DNA from: Ignavibacteriota bacterium
Lineage (GTDB): Bacteria > Bacteroidota > Ignavibacteria > Palsa-1295
DNA: 64,000 nt
Reading direction: 5' to 3'
Assembly (NCBI GenBank): GCA_963787835.1
Contig: CAWBEI010000002.1
Coordinates: 1,376,001 to 1,440,000 of the forward strand
Position numbers and translations under genes: made by a program. The notes beneath the pieces were generated by a model, which was not told the DNA's origin, did not search any database, and was given only the letters and a program-made list of their open reading frames with translations. Below are positions 16,029-24,802 of the stretch, one piece after another (positions within the stretch are counted from its first letter, which is position 1; every line of letters starts with the position of its first letter).

Positions 16029-18359
16029 ATGTCGAAAATACTGGCCGGTCTGAATCCGGCGCAGCGAGAAGCCGTCTCGAACGTGAGCGGCCCGGTGATG
16101 ATCGTGGCCGGCGCCGGCTCGGGCAAGACGCGTGTGCTCACGCACCGGATCGCGCTCCTGCTCGAACGCGGCGTGCGCCCGTGGGAAGTGCTCGCGCTGA
16201 CCTTCACCAACAAGGCCGCGAACGAGATGAAGGTGCGCATCGCGACCCTGCTCGATGAAATGAGCGATACCGCGCTGCCGGAAATGGGCCCCGATCTTGC
16301 GCGCGATCTCTGGATGGGAACGTTTCATTCCATCTTTGCGCGCATTCTTCGCAAGAATGCTGTCGCGCTCGGCTATACTTCCAGCTTCACCATTTACGAC
16401 AGCAACGATTCCCTCGGCACGATCAAACAGGCGATGAACTCGCTGAGTATTTCGAAGGATCAGTTCAATCCGAGCGCGGTTCGATCTCGTATTTCGAGTG
16501 CGAAGAATCAGATGGTCTCGCCGGAAGAATACGAGCGTATGGCGCGCGATGTTTTTTCCGAGCAGGTTGCAAAAATTTATCCGGAATACACGCGTGCGCT
16601 CAAAATGTCGAACGCGATGGATTTCGACGATCTTTTGCTCAAGACCGTCGAACTCTTCGATCGCAATCCGGACATTCTCGCGCAATATCAGCATAAGTTC
16701 CATTATATCCTGGTCGATGAATATCAGGATACGAACCGCGTGCAATATGCGATCATCAAACGCTTGGCGGGAAAGCATGGTAATCTTACCGTGGTAGGTG
16801 ACGATGCCCAGTCCATCTACGCCTTCCGTGGCGCGGAGATCGGCAACATCCTCGATTTTGAACGGGATTTCCCCGGCGCGCTCACGTTCCGATTGGAGCA
16901 AAATTATCGTTCCACGAAATCTATTCTTGCCGTCGCGGATGAACTGATAAAGAACAATAAGGGGCAGATCCCAAAAACGCTCTTCACCGAAAACGTGCGA
17001 GGCGAGCCGGTTCGCATCACGCAATGTTTGGATGAACGCGACGAGGCAAGTTCCGTCGTTCGCGCTATCGAAGATGAAATTCGGAAATCCAAGCTCGATC
17101 TGAAAGATTTCGCCGTGCTTTTTCGCACCAATGCTCAGAGTCGCGCGATTGAAGACGGTTTGCGTCGTCAAGGCATTCCTTATACCATCGTTGGTGGCAC
17201 GGCATTTTACAAGCGCAAAGAAATCAAGGATGTGCTGGGGTACGTGCGTTTGCTTGTTAATCCGAACGATACGGAAAGCCTTGCGCGCGTGATCAACAAC
17301 CCTCCGCGCGGCATTGGCGCAACAACGATGGAGCACGTTGCGCTTCATGCGCGCAATCACGATCAAAGCATGATGCAGGCGCTCTCAGCTATCGAATTCG
17401 TAGGCGGCGTGCAAAGTCGCGCAGTGCAGCGCATTCGTGAATTCACACGGCTCATTCGGAAATATACGGAGTTGAGAGATAAAATGTCGGTGAGTGAACT
17501 CTTGCGCGCGCTTATCGATGAAACCGGAATGCTGCAAGAGCTGAAGCTCGAAAACACCATCGAGGCGATGACGCGGCGGGAGAATATCCAGGAATTCCTC
17601 TCTGCCGTCACCGATTATTTCCATGAACAGCCGGATGCAACATTGGAATCATTCCTTGAAGAAGTTGCGCTTTTGAGCGAGGTCGATCAGACGGATGGAA
17701 CGAAAAATGTCGTTACACTAATGACGCTTCATGCCGCAAAAGGATTGGAATATCCCGTGGTGTGCATCACGGGGCTGGAGGACGGTCTGTTCCCAAGCGT
17801 GCCCGTTGGCGTGAGTCGCGAGCCAAGCGAGATCGAGGAAGAACGCCGTTTGTTTTACGTTGGCATCACGCGTGCGATGCGCCGGTGCTTCATATTCTAC
17901 GCGCAGGAACGGCTGCGGTTTGGAGAAACGACGCGCGCCTTGCAATCGCGATTTATCGAGGAGATCGAAAAATCCGGTTCGACGGAACACGTTACCAGCT
18001 TTGGAACGAAACCTCAAACACGTAAGCCCTTTGACGATGGTTACGAAAGCGACCGCCCATCGACTTCGCACCTCTTCTCGGGCTCGCCTGTTGTGAATGG
18101 CCGCACGTTCACCCGTAAGCGCCGCGAACATGCTGCGAAAGATAGAACGTCCTACGAAGATCAGACCAGTTATTCGCAGATCGAGAGCGATCACACGTCG
18201 CCGATCGCGCGCGGGTCTCGTGTGTATCATGAAACGTTCGGGGAGGGCCGAATCATCGAAGTGCGCGGCGCAGGCGATAAAGCCAAAGCGACGGTAGAAT
18301 TCCAAAAATTCGGCAGAAAGAATCTGATGCTCAAATTTGCGAATTTGAAGGCGATGTAA
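16029..18359 (+). CDS. pcrA: ATP-dependent DNA helicase PcrA/UvrD
   Basis: AGAGSGKT, VDEYQD, GDDAQSIY, QNYRST, TLHAAKGLE, EERRLFYVGITRA; C-terminal Tudor-like domain. Confidence 0.95.
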   Translation: MSKILAGLNPAQREAVSNVSGPVMIVAGAGSGKTRVLTHRIALLLERGVRPWEVLALTFTNKAANEMKVRIATLLDEMSDTALPEMGPDLARDLWMGTFHSIFARILRKNAVALGYTSSFTIYDSNDSLGTIKQAMNSLSISKDQFNPSAVRSRISSAKNQMVSPEEYERMARDVFSEQVAKIYPEYTRALKMSNAMDFDDLLLKTVELFDRNPDILAQYQHKFHYILVDEYQDTNRVQYAIIKRLAGKHGNLTVVGDDAQSIYAFRGAEIGNILDFERDFPGALTFRLEQNYRSTKSILAVADELIKNNKGQIPKTLFTENVRGEPVRITQCLDERDEASSVVRAIEDEIRKSKLDLKDFAVLFRTNAQSRAIEDGLRRQGIPYTIVGGTAFYKRKEIKDVLGYVRLLVNPNDTESLARVINNPPRGIGATTMEHVALHARNHDQSMMQALSAIEFVGGVQSRAVQRIREFTRLIRKYTELRDKMSVSELLRALIDETGMLQELKLENTIEAMTRRENIQEFLSAVTDYFHEQPDATLESFLEEVALLSEVDQTDGTKNVVTLMTLHAAKGLEYPVVCITGLEDGLFPSVPVGVSREPSEIEEERRLFYVGITRAMRRCFIFYAQERLRFGETTRALQSRFIEEIEKSGSTEHVTSFGTKPQTRKPFDDGYESDRPSTSHLFSGSPVVNGRTFTRKRREHAAKDRTSYEDQTSYSQIESDHTSPIARGSRVYHETFGEGRIIEVRGAGDKAKATVEFQKFGRKNLMLKFANLKAM

Positions 18360-18421
18360 CCGCCGAACGTTTATCGCTTTCTACTGTTAACAATAAGGTG
18401 GGAAATCCCACCTTATTAAAC

Positions 18422-18739
18422 ATGAAGACCAAACGATACCGAACAGCAGAAAAACCAGCGAAAATAAAACGCAGTCCCAAGCGCGCGCCAGTGCGTACCT
18501 ACGAAGGCAAGCTCGATGAAAAGAAACGTCTTGTCATACGAGGCGCACGGCATAAATATTACCACGTTCGTGAGGAGCCGAACGGCATGATCGTACTGAC
18601 GCCACAGACTCTTGTGGATGTCGGTATCTCACCCAGAGCATTGGCGATGCTTGACTCATCGGTCGCAAATTTTAAGAAAGGAATCGTATCTGAAGTGATC
18701 GATCTTTCAAAATACCGAAAAAGGTTTTCATCTAAATGA
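18422..18739 (+). CDS. putative AbrB/MraZ-like antitoxin
   Basis: KLDEKKRLVI...NGMIVLTP; ATGA overlap with the downstream toxin-like gene. Confidence 0.55.
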   Translation: MKTKRYRTAEKPAKIKRSPKRAPVRTYEGKLDEKKRLVIRGARHKYYHVREEPNGMIVLTPQTLVDVGISPRALAMLDSSVANFKKGIVSEVIDLSKYRKRFSSK

Positions 18740-19110
18740 AATTTAACATTCGAATGGGCATACCGGAAGTCAAAACTCTTTGGGATGACCTTACGAATCG
18801 TGAGATGGTCGGACTGCTGGACTCCAAAGAATTGAAGTTTTTCAAGAAGCTGGCGAAGGCATTATTGCTAATTGAGGAAAATCCACGCCACAATAGTTTG
18901 CAGTCCCACGAGATTGTGCCTCTTTCAAGAAGAGTGGGATTTAAAGTATTTCAATCCTATTTAGAGAACAACACTCCCGCGGCAGGAAGAATATTTTGGG
19001 CGTATGGGCCGGGTAAGGGTGAAATTAGTATCTTATCGATTCAATCGCATCCAGAAGATAAAAAGTCTCTCGGATATGACGCGGTAAAACTATCGGCATT
19101 TCCCTCATAA
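18736..19110 (+). CDS. putative RelE/ParE-fold toxin
   Basis: NPRHNSLQSH, GRIFWAY and ISILSI..HP pattern. Confidence 0.55.
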   Translation: MKFNIRMGIPEVKTLWDDLTNREMVGLLDSKELKFFKKLAKALLLIEENPRHNSLQSHEIVPLSRRVGFKVFQSYLENNTPAAGRIFWAYGPGKGEISILSIQSHPEDKKSLGYDAVKLSAFPS

Positions 19111-19193
19111 TTCGCTCCCAAATTTTTCCGGCATTCATGCCGTGATCTTGATGTTCTATTAGTCGAAAACATTTTTTTGAACCCCATTACATA

Positions 19194-20234
19194 GTGGCAG
19201 CAGAAACCCGTTCCGGCTGGCGGAACACACAGCCGATCCAGCGCGAATCCATTACCGTGCAGCATCTGTACGATTCCATTCGGGATCGTTTTCGCCTTAC
19301 GCTGCTGGCCGGCAAGGAGGGGCTTTCGAATCTCATCACCGATAAAAGCCTGCACCGTCCGGGGCTGGCGCTGGCAGGATATGTGGGGCTTTTCACGTAT
19401 CACCGCATTCAGGTTTTTGGCAATACGGAGATCTTTTATTTGCGGTCTTTGCCGATGGAGGAGCGCATCAGGGCATTCTCCACCCTTGCTTCGTTCGCTA
19501 TTCCGTGCATTGTTATTACCAGCGGCAGCCAGCTCGATCGCGAACTGCTTGATATTTGCAACGAGCGTAAAATTCCCGTCTTTGTTTCGACGTTCGAGAC
19601 AACAAAGGCGATCTTTTTCCTCAGTGATTTTCTCGAGGATCAGTTCAATCCGCAGGCGGTGATTCACGGTGCGTTCGTGGATGTGTATGGCGTAGGGTTG
19701 CTCTTTGTTGGCAGAAGCGGCATCGGAAAATCGGAAGTAGCGCTGGACTTAATAGAACGCGGGCACCGGCTGGTGGCCGACGATGTGGTGATGGTCACGC
19801 AAAAAGGCGAGAACATCCTCATGGGTGCGGGAACCGATCTGGTGCGGCATTTCATGGAGATAAGGGGATTGGGCCTTATCAATGTGCGGGAGATGTTCGG
19901 TATTCGCGCAATTAGGTTCCAAAAGCGCGTCGAAGTGGTTGTGGAACTCGAAGAATGGCACGCCGATGGCGATTACACCCGCACGGGACTCGATGAATCC
20001 TCCGCGCAAATTCTGGGAGTTGAAGTTCCCCATGTGCGCTTGCCGATCATCACCGGAAAGAATATCACGGTGATCGCGGAAGTCATCGCGCTCAATTATT
20101 TGCTGAAGCATTATGGCTACGACGCCAGCCGCGAGTTCGCCGCGAAGCTCGAACAAGTCCTTGCCGAGCGCGGCGCGAAAAGCGCCCCCAAAGGCGATAG
20201 GGTGATCCCGTATTTCGAGCATGATTTCGAATAG
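19194..20234 (+). CDS. hprK: HPr kinase/phosphorylase
   Basis: HRPGLALAG, HGAFVDVYGVG, GRSGIGKSE, LVADD, MEIRGLG. Confidence 0.95.
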   Translation: MAAETRSGWRNTQPIQRESITVQHLYDSIRDRFRLTLLAGKEGLSNLITDKSLHRPGLALAGYVGLFTYHRIQVFGNTEIFYLRSLPMEERIRAFSTLASFAIPCIVITSGSQLDRELLDICNERKIPVFVSTFETTKAIFFLSDFLEDQFNPQAVIHGAFVDVYGVGLLFVGRSGIGKSEVALDLIERGHRLVADDVVMVTQKGENILMGAGTDLVRHFMEIRGLGLINVREMFGIRAIRFQKRVEVVVELEEWHADGDYTRTGLDESSAQILGVEVPHVRLPIITGKNITVIAEVIALNYLLKHYGYDASREFAAKLEQVLAERGAKSAPKGDRVIPYFEHDFE

Positions 20235-20301
20235 GGGGCAGAACCGGGATTACGCGGATTGAGTAGGATTACACGGACGATTTTGGGGATTTTCCAGCGT
20301 A

Positions 20302-20325
20302 GAGCCTGCCCTGAGCTTGCCGAAG
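20302..20325 (+). repeat. 24-bp micro-element GAGCCTGCCCTGAGCTTGCCGAAG
   Basis: Identical reverse complement at 54079-54102; variant at 39708-39731. Confidence 0.85.
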
Positions 20326-20369
20326 GGTCGGTGCTTCCATCGTGGGCGATTGAGCCAGCCCGACTCCCC

Positions 20370-20587
20370 AGCCACGGAGTGGCGATGTACCCAATAGCCC
20401 AGGGTGTAGGCGAAGCCGGAACCCTGGGTCGTGATTAGATTTTGTATTCCCTAGCCCTGAAAGGGCGATGTTTGGCCGCCGGGATTTTACAACGCCCTTT
20501 CAGGGCTTGGGAATTATTGTGGCCTCGTTAACCCAGGGTTACGCTGCGCTGCACCCTGGGCTGCGGGTACTCCATCGCTCCGCGACT
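20370..20587. repeat. compound palindromic REP-like element (AGCCCTGAAAGGGCG / CCCAGGGT arms)
   Basis: Nested inverted repeats, including AGCCCTGAAAGGGCG...CGCCCTTTCAGGGCT. Confidence 0.8.
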
Positions 20588-21320
20588 AAGATGCTTCGAC
20601 GGGATTTGGCCGATATACCGTCAATTCGCTACATTCTTTGGTGAAGCAATCCATGACAAAAGCTTTTGAGAAGTGAGTTTCAAATGCTACATCGGGTGGG
20701 AAATTCAGAACGCTCTCCATCGGGGACCACCATAAGCCGCTATGATGTATCAGAAGCCAACACTCGTCACAATTTTGTATGTAGTCAGAATACTTCTGAT
20801 TTTTGTTGCTGATGATCTGCTTTATCGTCTCTACTTCGTCCTTCCAATATCTTCCGTGGAAACCATGCGTGCTTCCTACGAATGGTGTCAAACCTTCATA
20901 AATATTTATAGCATAGAAGTACTGATCTAGGCCGTATTTGTTCATCAGAACCCATTCGTTAAATTTATTCTGAGTTGGCCATCCTGCGTCAGATAGGTCG
21001 CCCACATAGTTCCCGATATTTTCGGCTACCTCATTGAACATGCTTCTCGGAATATTGCGTTGCCCGAATATAGGCGAAATTGTCACATGAAATTTCTGAG
21101 CGATAGGTTTCAATAGTTCACGAAGAACGGCTTCGTGACTTTCCTTCTCCCTTATCTCAGAGAGCATAAACTCGGTGAGCTCAATGCCGATTTTTTTCGA
21201 GCCGACTTCAAGAATGAAGTCAGGATGCTCACATTTGGTTGCTTCTTCACTTAGTCCGATTTGTTGCAGAAAAAGCTTGACAACGTCTCTTTCTTCCATC
21301 TGCTGGTTTTCTCGATTCAT
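20586..21320 (-). CDS. putative PD-(D/E)xK nuclease-like protein (island cargo)
   Basis: EHPDFIL...IGIELT motif; AT-rich. Confidence 0.55.
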   Translation of the reverse strand: MNRENQQMEERDVVKLFLQQIGLSEEATKCEHPDFILEVGSKKIGIELTEFMLSEIREKESHEAVLRELLKPIAQKFHVTISPIFGQRNIPRSMFNEVAENIGNYVGDLSDAGWPTQNKFNEWVLMNKYGLDQYFYAINIYEGLTPFVGSTHGFHGRYWKDEVETIKQIISNKNQKYSDYIQNCDECWLLIHHSGLWWSPMESVLNFPPDVAFETHFSKAFVMDCFTKECSELTVYRPNPVEAS

Positions 21321-21326
21321 TCCCCT

Positions 21327-21383
21327 CTCCACAATCTTAATTTCTTCTTCCGTTAAACCGTAAAGCTCATAAACTAATTTATC
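21327..21383 (-). pseudogene. remnant of a type IIG (Eco57I-like) restriction-modification enzyme C-terminus
   Basis: Encodes DKLVYELYGLTEEEIKIVE, the characteristic extreme C-terminus of these enzymes. Confidence 0.7.
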
Positions 21384-21408
21384 ACATGCAGCCGATTTCA
21401 ATACATCC

Positions 21409-22830
21409 TCACATTTGAAATACTCGTTTGCCTACGGTATAGACATACGTACTTGCCGGGGTAAACGTAAGGTTCACACCGTCTATCGTTTTGTAGTCTG
21501 ACTTATCGATCGTTGTTACCAGTGCGGAGTTGAGCCCGTTCAGAGTGCAGAACTTGAGCAAGGCGGTAAGCTGATGAGGGTTTTCAAAATAGCGGTTACT
21601 CCATTTTACTTCCACTGCCCAGTCGGGCTTCATAGTAGCGGCATTTACTCCGACCATATCCACTTCCCCCTTTTGCCATCTGGCATAATGAAGCTGCCGT
21701 TCCGGACGGTGTAACCATTGATCGAAGATCGCAGTCTCTACAAGATTCCCAAATGCGTCATCGTCGGACGTGACGGGTGAAAACAGCGCAGCACGCAGCG
21801 AGGTATTCGTGAGATAGACCTTAAACTGCTTTACTCGCTCGAAGCGCTTCGCCGTTTCGCTTATAGGCCGAACTCTCGTTATCAGGAATGCAGCCTCTAA
21901 GTATTCGATATATCGCTTTAGTGTTGCCTTTTCAACTCCTGATTTTTGACTGAGACTTTCGAGCGAAAGCTCGCGACCGGAGTTGAACGCAAGCATGGTA
22001 AAGAGTGCGTTTAATTCCTGCACGTCCCGTATTCCGTACAAACTTGGAAGATCTCTGAGGAGCACTTTGTCGATAATATCGTTCCTCACATAGCGAGCGG
22101 TGTCGGAAGCGATGGCCGCGCTCAACGTCACTTCCGGATAGCCTCCGAAGTTGACGTAATCGACGAAGTGTCTGTTCAGCTCCGCGATGTTATTTGTCTG
22201 ATAATAGCCTGTTCTGGATTTCCCATACTGTATTTTCGTTTCAAGAATGAGGTGGTTCAGGCCTTTTAGTTCCACGAACTCACTGAAGGTGAGTGGTGGT
22301 AAAATGAAATCTGTGAATCGGCCAGCACCGCTTTCGTTGCTCTTCATTCGAAGCGCTGCTGCCGCTGAACCAGAAGCGATGAAATGGGTTTCGGGATAAT
22401 CATCCACTAAGCGCTTTAGATGGACTTCCCATTCTTTCAGATACTGGATCTCATCGAAAAGGACATACCATCCCTTCGCATCGAGTTTACCGGTCGCTTT
22501 TCTCGAAAGTTTGAAGAGTTGATCGAGATCTTGTCCAAGGTAGATCGGGGTCTCGATCGAAAAGAATACGATCTTGAGCGGATCCACGCCGGAGTGAATG
22601 AGTCTTTGTATGGCATGGAATAGCATCACGGTCTTTCCAACCCTTCTCGGCCCCATCAGTACCAACGCCCGCCTTACGGATGGTTCGGCAAGGAGCCTCC
22701 AGAAAAGCTCCAGATAGGGCCGTGGATGCATATTTCCGTAAAAATCCTCGATTTTTAACGTTCTCCACCAAGGATTCTCAAATTGGAGTCTTTCCAGTAT
22801 TTGATCCTCAGAGTAATCTAAAAGTGCCAT
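21409..22830 (-). CDS. AAA_14 + DUF4143 ATP-binding protein
   Basis: NPWW, GPRRVGKT, DEIQY, SGS, GGYPE, GNLVE, EVD...EVKW. Confidence 0.9.
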   Translation of the reverse strand: MALLDYSEDQILERLQFENPWWRTLKIEDFYGNMHPRPYLELFWRLLAEPSVRRALVLMGPRRVGKTVMLFHAIQRLIHSGVDPLKIVFFSIETPIYLGQDLDQLFKLSRKATGKLDAKGWYVLFDEIQYLKEWEVHLKRLVDDYPETHFIASGSAAAALRMKSNESGAGRFTDFILPPLTFSEFVELKGLNHLILETKIQYGKSRTGYYQTNNIAELNRHFVDYVNFGGYPEVTLSAAIASDTARYVRNDIIDKVLLRDLPSLYGIRDVQELNALFTMLAFNSGRELSLESLSQKSGVEKATLKRYIEYLEAAFLITRVRPISETAKRFERVKQFKVYLTNTSLRAALFSPVTSDDDAFGNLVETAIFDQWLHRPERQLHYARWQKGEVDMVGVNAATMKPDWAVEVKWSNRYFENPHQLTALLKFCTLNGLNSALVTTIDKSDYKTIDGVNLTFTPASTYVYTVGKRVFQM

Positions 22831-23059
22831 AATGATATAAATAAGATAATTATACTACGCTTAAAAATGCTACTTAGTTCTATTTAAGTATTATTTGCTA
22901 AAAATTTTTTCCTTAAATGGAACCGAGAGGAATCGGGCAGGAGGGAGCATCGTAGGCGATGCGTCCGTCCTACAATGGTGTAGCAAATCTATGCGAAATG
23001 AAAATTTCGAATTTCGTGGCGGGTACGAAAAGTGTCGTATATTGGAGAGTGATATTAAG

Positions 23060-23079
23060 GGCACCAATGTCTGGGGGAA
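23060..23079 (-). repeat. 20-bp dispersed site, inverted copy (TTCCCCCAGACATTGGTGCC on minus strand)
   Basis: Matches the four plus-strand copies without gaps; GACATTGGTGCC identical to copy 2. Confidence 0.75.
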
Positions 23080-23310
23080 ATTATGAATTATGAAAGGGAC
23101 ATGGATTCATTAAGGAATTAATGAAAAATAGACACGATATTGCATAAGTTCATTAAATGAATATGTAAAAAAAATATTTCGAGAAGTCGAGTGGCTAAAT
23201 TGGCTTGGAATCGTAGGTGATTATGAATTCCAAATGAACAAACACAACCACGTTTAACAGGGTGGGGAGGATTAGGCTTACAGGATTAAGGAATATACAG
23301 GCTCATTTAT

Positions 23311-23342
23311 TGAACCAAAGTCCTCTAAAAATTGCTTACGAG
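23311..23342 (+). promoter_or_regulatory. conserved motif upstream of rplK (TGAACCAAAGT-N6-AAAATTGCTTNCGAG)
   Basis: 26/32 identical to the minus-strand motif upstream of rplY (35197-35228). Confidence 0.65.
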
Positions 23343-23394
23343 CCGCTTCGAAGCGAAATGCTTCGTAATAGGCGAACATTGAAAATTAATCACC

Positions 23395-23484
23395 GTGGGA
23401 GTTGCGGGAAAAGATGAAAGATGAAAGATGAATTTTGATTCTTCTTCTTGTTTTTTATTCGATTCTGACCAGCAACGGGACCAC
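23395..23484 (+). promoter_or_regulatory. probable L1-binding leader of the rplK-rplA mRNA
   Basis: GTGGGAG-TTGC...GCAAC-GGG-ACCAC, the GUGGGAG/ACCAC internal-loop architecture of L1 operators. Confidence 0.65.
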
Positions 23485-23500
23485 TAAACCATAAACTACA

Positions 23501-23926
23501 ATGGCGAAAAAAGTCACAGGATTCATAAAACTGCAGATACCGGCCGGAAAGGCCAATCCGGCACCGCCGGTGGGTCCGGCGCTCGGACAAAAGGGCGTCA
23601 ACATCATGGAGTTCTGCAAGCAGTTCAACGCAAAGACCCAAAAAGAAGGCGATTCGATCATTCCGGTCGTGATCACCGTCTATTCTGATAAGAGCTTCAC
23701 CTTTATCACGAAGACTCCGCCGGCGGCATCGCTGCTTTTGAAGGCGGCGAGCGTCGCCAAAGGCTCGAAGGAGCCGAACCGGTTGAAGGTCGCGAAAGTC
23801 TCGAAATCGGATGTCGAGGCGATCGCAAAGATGAAAATGGCTGACCTGAACGCTGCTTCCGTCGAAGCGGCGATGAGCATGGTCGCTGGAACCGCCCGAT
23901 CGATGGGCATAACCGTGGAGGGATAA
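23501..23926 (+). CDS. rplK: 50S ribosomal protein L11
   Basis: [21 protein letters not shown]. Confidence 0.98.
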   Translation: MAKKVTGFIKLQIPAGKANPAPPVGPALGQKGVNIMEFCKQFNAKTQKEGDSIIPVVITVYSDKSFTFITKTPPAASLLLKAASVAKGSKEPNRLKVAKVSKSDVEAIAKMKMADLNAASVEAAMSMVAGTARSMGITVEG

Positions 23927-23929
23927 ACA

Positions 23930-24634
23930 ATGATCAAGCACGGTAAACGCTATACAAATATTTCAAAGAAACTTGGCGCCGACCGCAAGCCTGTTTCCAT
24001 CACGGATGCAGTTGGTAAGGTCAAGCAGACGGCCTCGGCTAAGTTCGATGAGTCGGTCGATATCGCTATCAATCTCGGAGTCGATCCTCGCAAAGCCGAT
24101 CAGGCTATTCGCGGGACGGTTTCGTTGCCGCATGGTATCGGCAAAACGGTTCGCGTAACGGTCGTTACACGTAATCAGGAGGCGGCAGCTCTCGCAGCCG
24201 GCGCCGATGAAGCAGGTTTCGAACCGATCTTGGAAAAGATCAAAGGCGGCTGGACGGATACCGATGTTATCATTGCCACGCCGGAAGTAATGGGCGAGCT
24301 TGGTAAGCTTGGCCGTATCCTGGGACCGCGCGGCCTCATGCCCAACCCCAAATCGGGAACCGTGACACAGGATGTCGCGACGGCCGTGAAGGAAGTCAAG
24401 GCCGGTAAGATCGAATACCGCGTCGATAAGGGCGGGAATGTTCATGCTTCGGTCGGTAAGGCTTCGTTCGAGGCACCAAAATTGGTGGATAACATCAATA
24501 TGTTCCTGAGCACGATCATCCGCGCCAAGCCGGCGACGGCAAAAGGCCAGTTCGTGAAATCGGTCGCGATCAGCTCGACGATGGGCCCAAGCGTGAAGAT
24601 CGATGCGGCGGAAGCGATCAAAGCTCACGGCTGA
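23930..24634 (+). CDS. rplA: 50S ribosomal protein L1
   Basis: [29 protein letters not shown]. Confidence 0.98.
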   Translation: MIKHGKRYTNISKKLGADRKPVSITDAVGKVKQTASAKFDESVDIAINLGVDPRKADQAIRGTVSLPHGIGKTVRVTVVTRNQEAAALAAGADEAGFEPILEKIKGGWTDTDVIIATPEVMGELGKLGRILGPRGLMPNPKSGTVTQDVATAVKEVKAGKIEYRVDKGGNVHASVGKASFEAPKLVDNINMFLSTIIRAKPATAKGQFVKSVAISSTMGPSVKIDAAEAIKAHG

Positions 24635-24802
24635 TCAATTTCGAATTAAGAATTATGAATGACGAATTTGGGAAAGGATCTATTTCCTGTATTTGTCATT
24701 CGTGATTTTTAATGATGGCATAATATGAAGATGGAGTTTCCTTGTTATAATGAGGGTTAATAGTACACAAGTGTCATCATTGTTTATAGTTTTATTAACG
24801 CC

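Noticed and set aside
16002-17366. 454-aa antisense ORF and similar long shadow ORFs
   Set aside because: They lie opposite well-supported GC-rich genes and carry no recognisable motifs.
22831-23500. tRNA gene or secE-nusG upstream of rplK
   Set aside because: No cloverleaf or T-loop signature and no matching ORF is visible.
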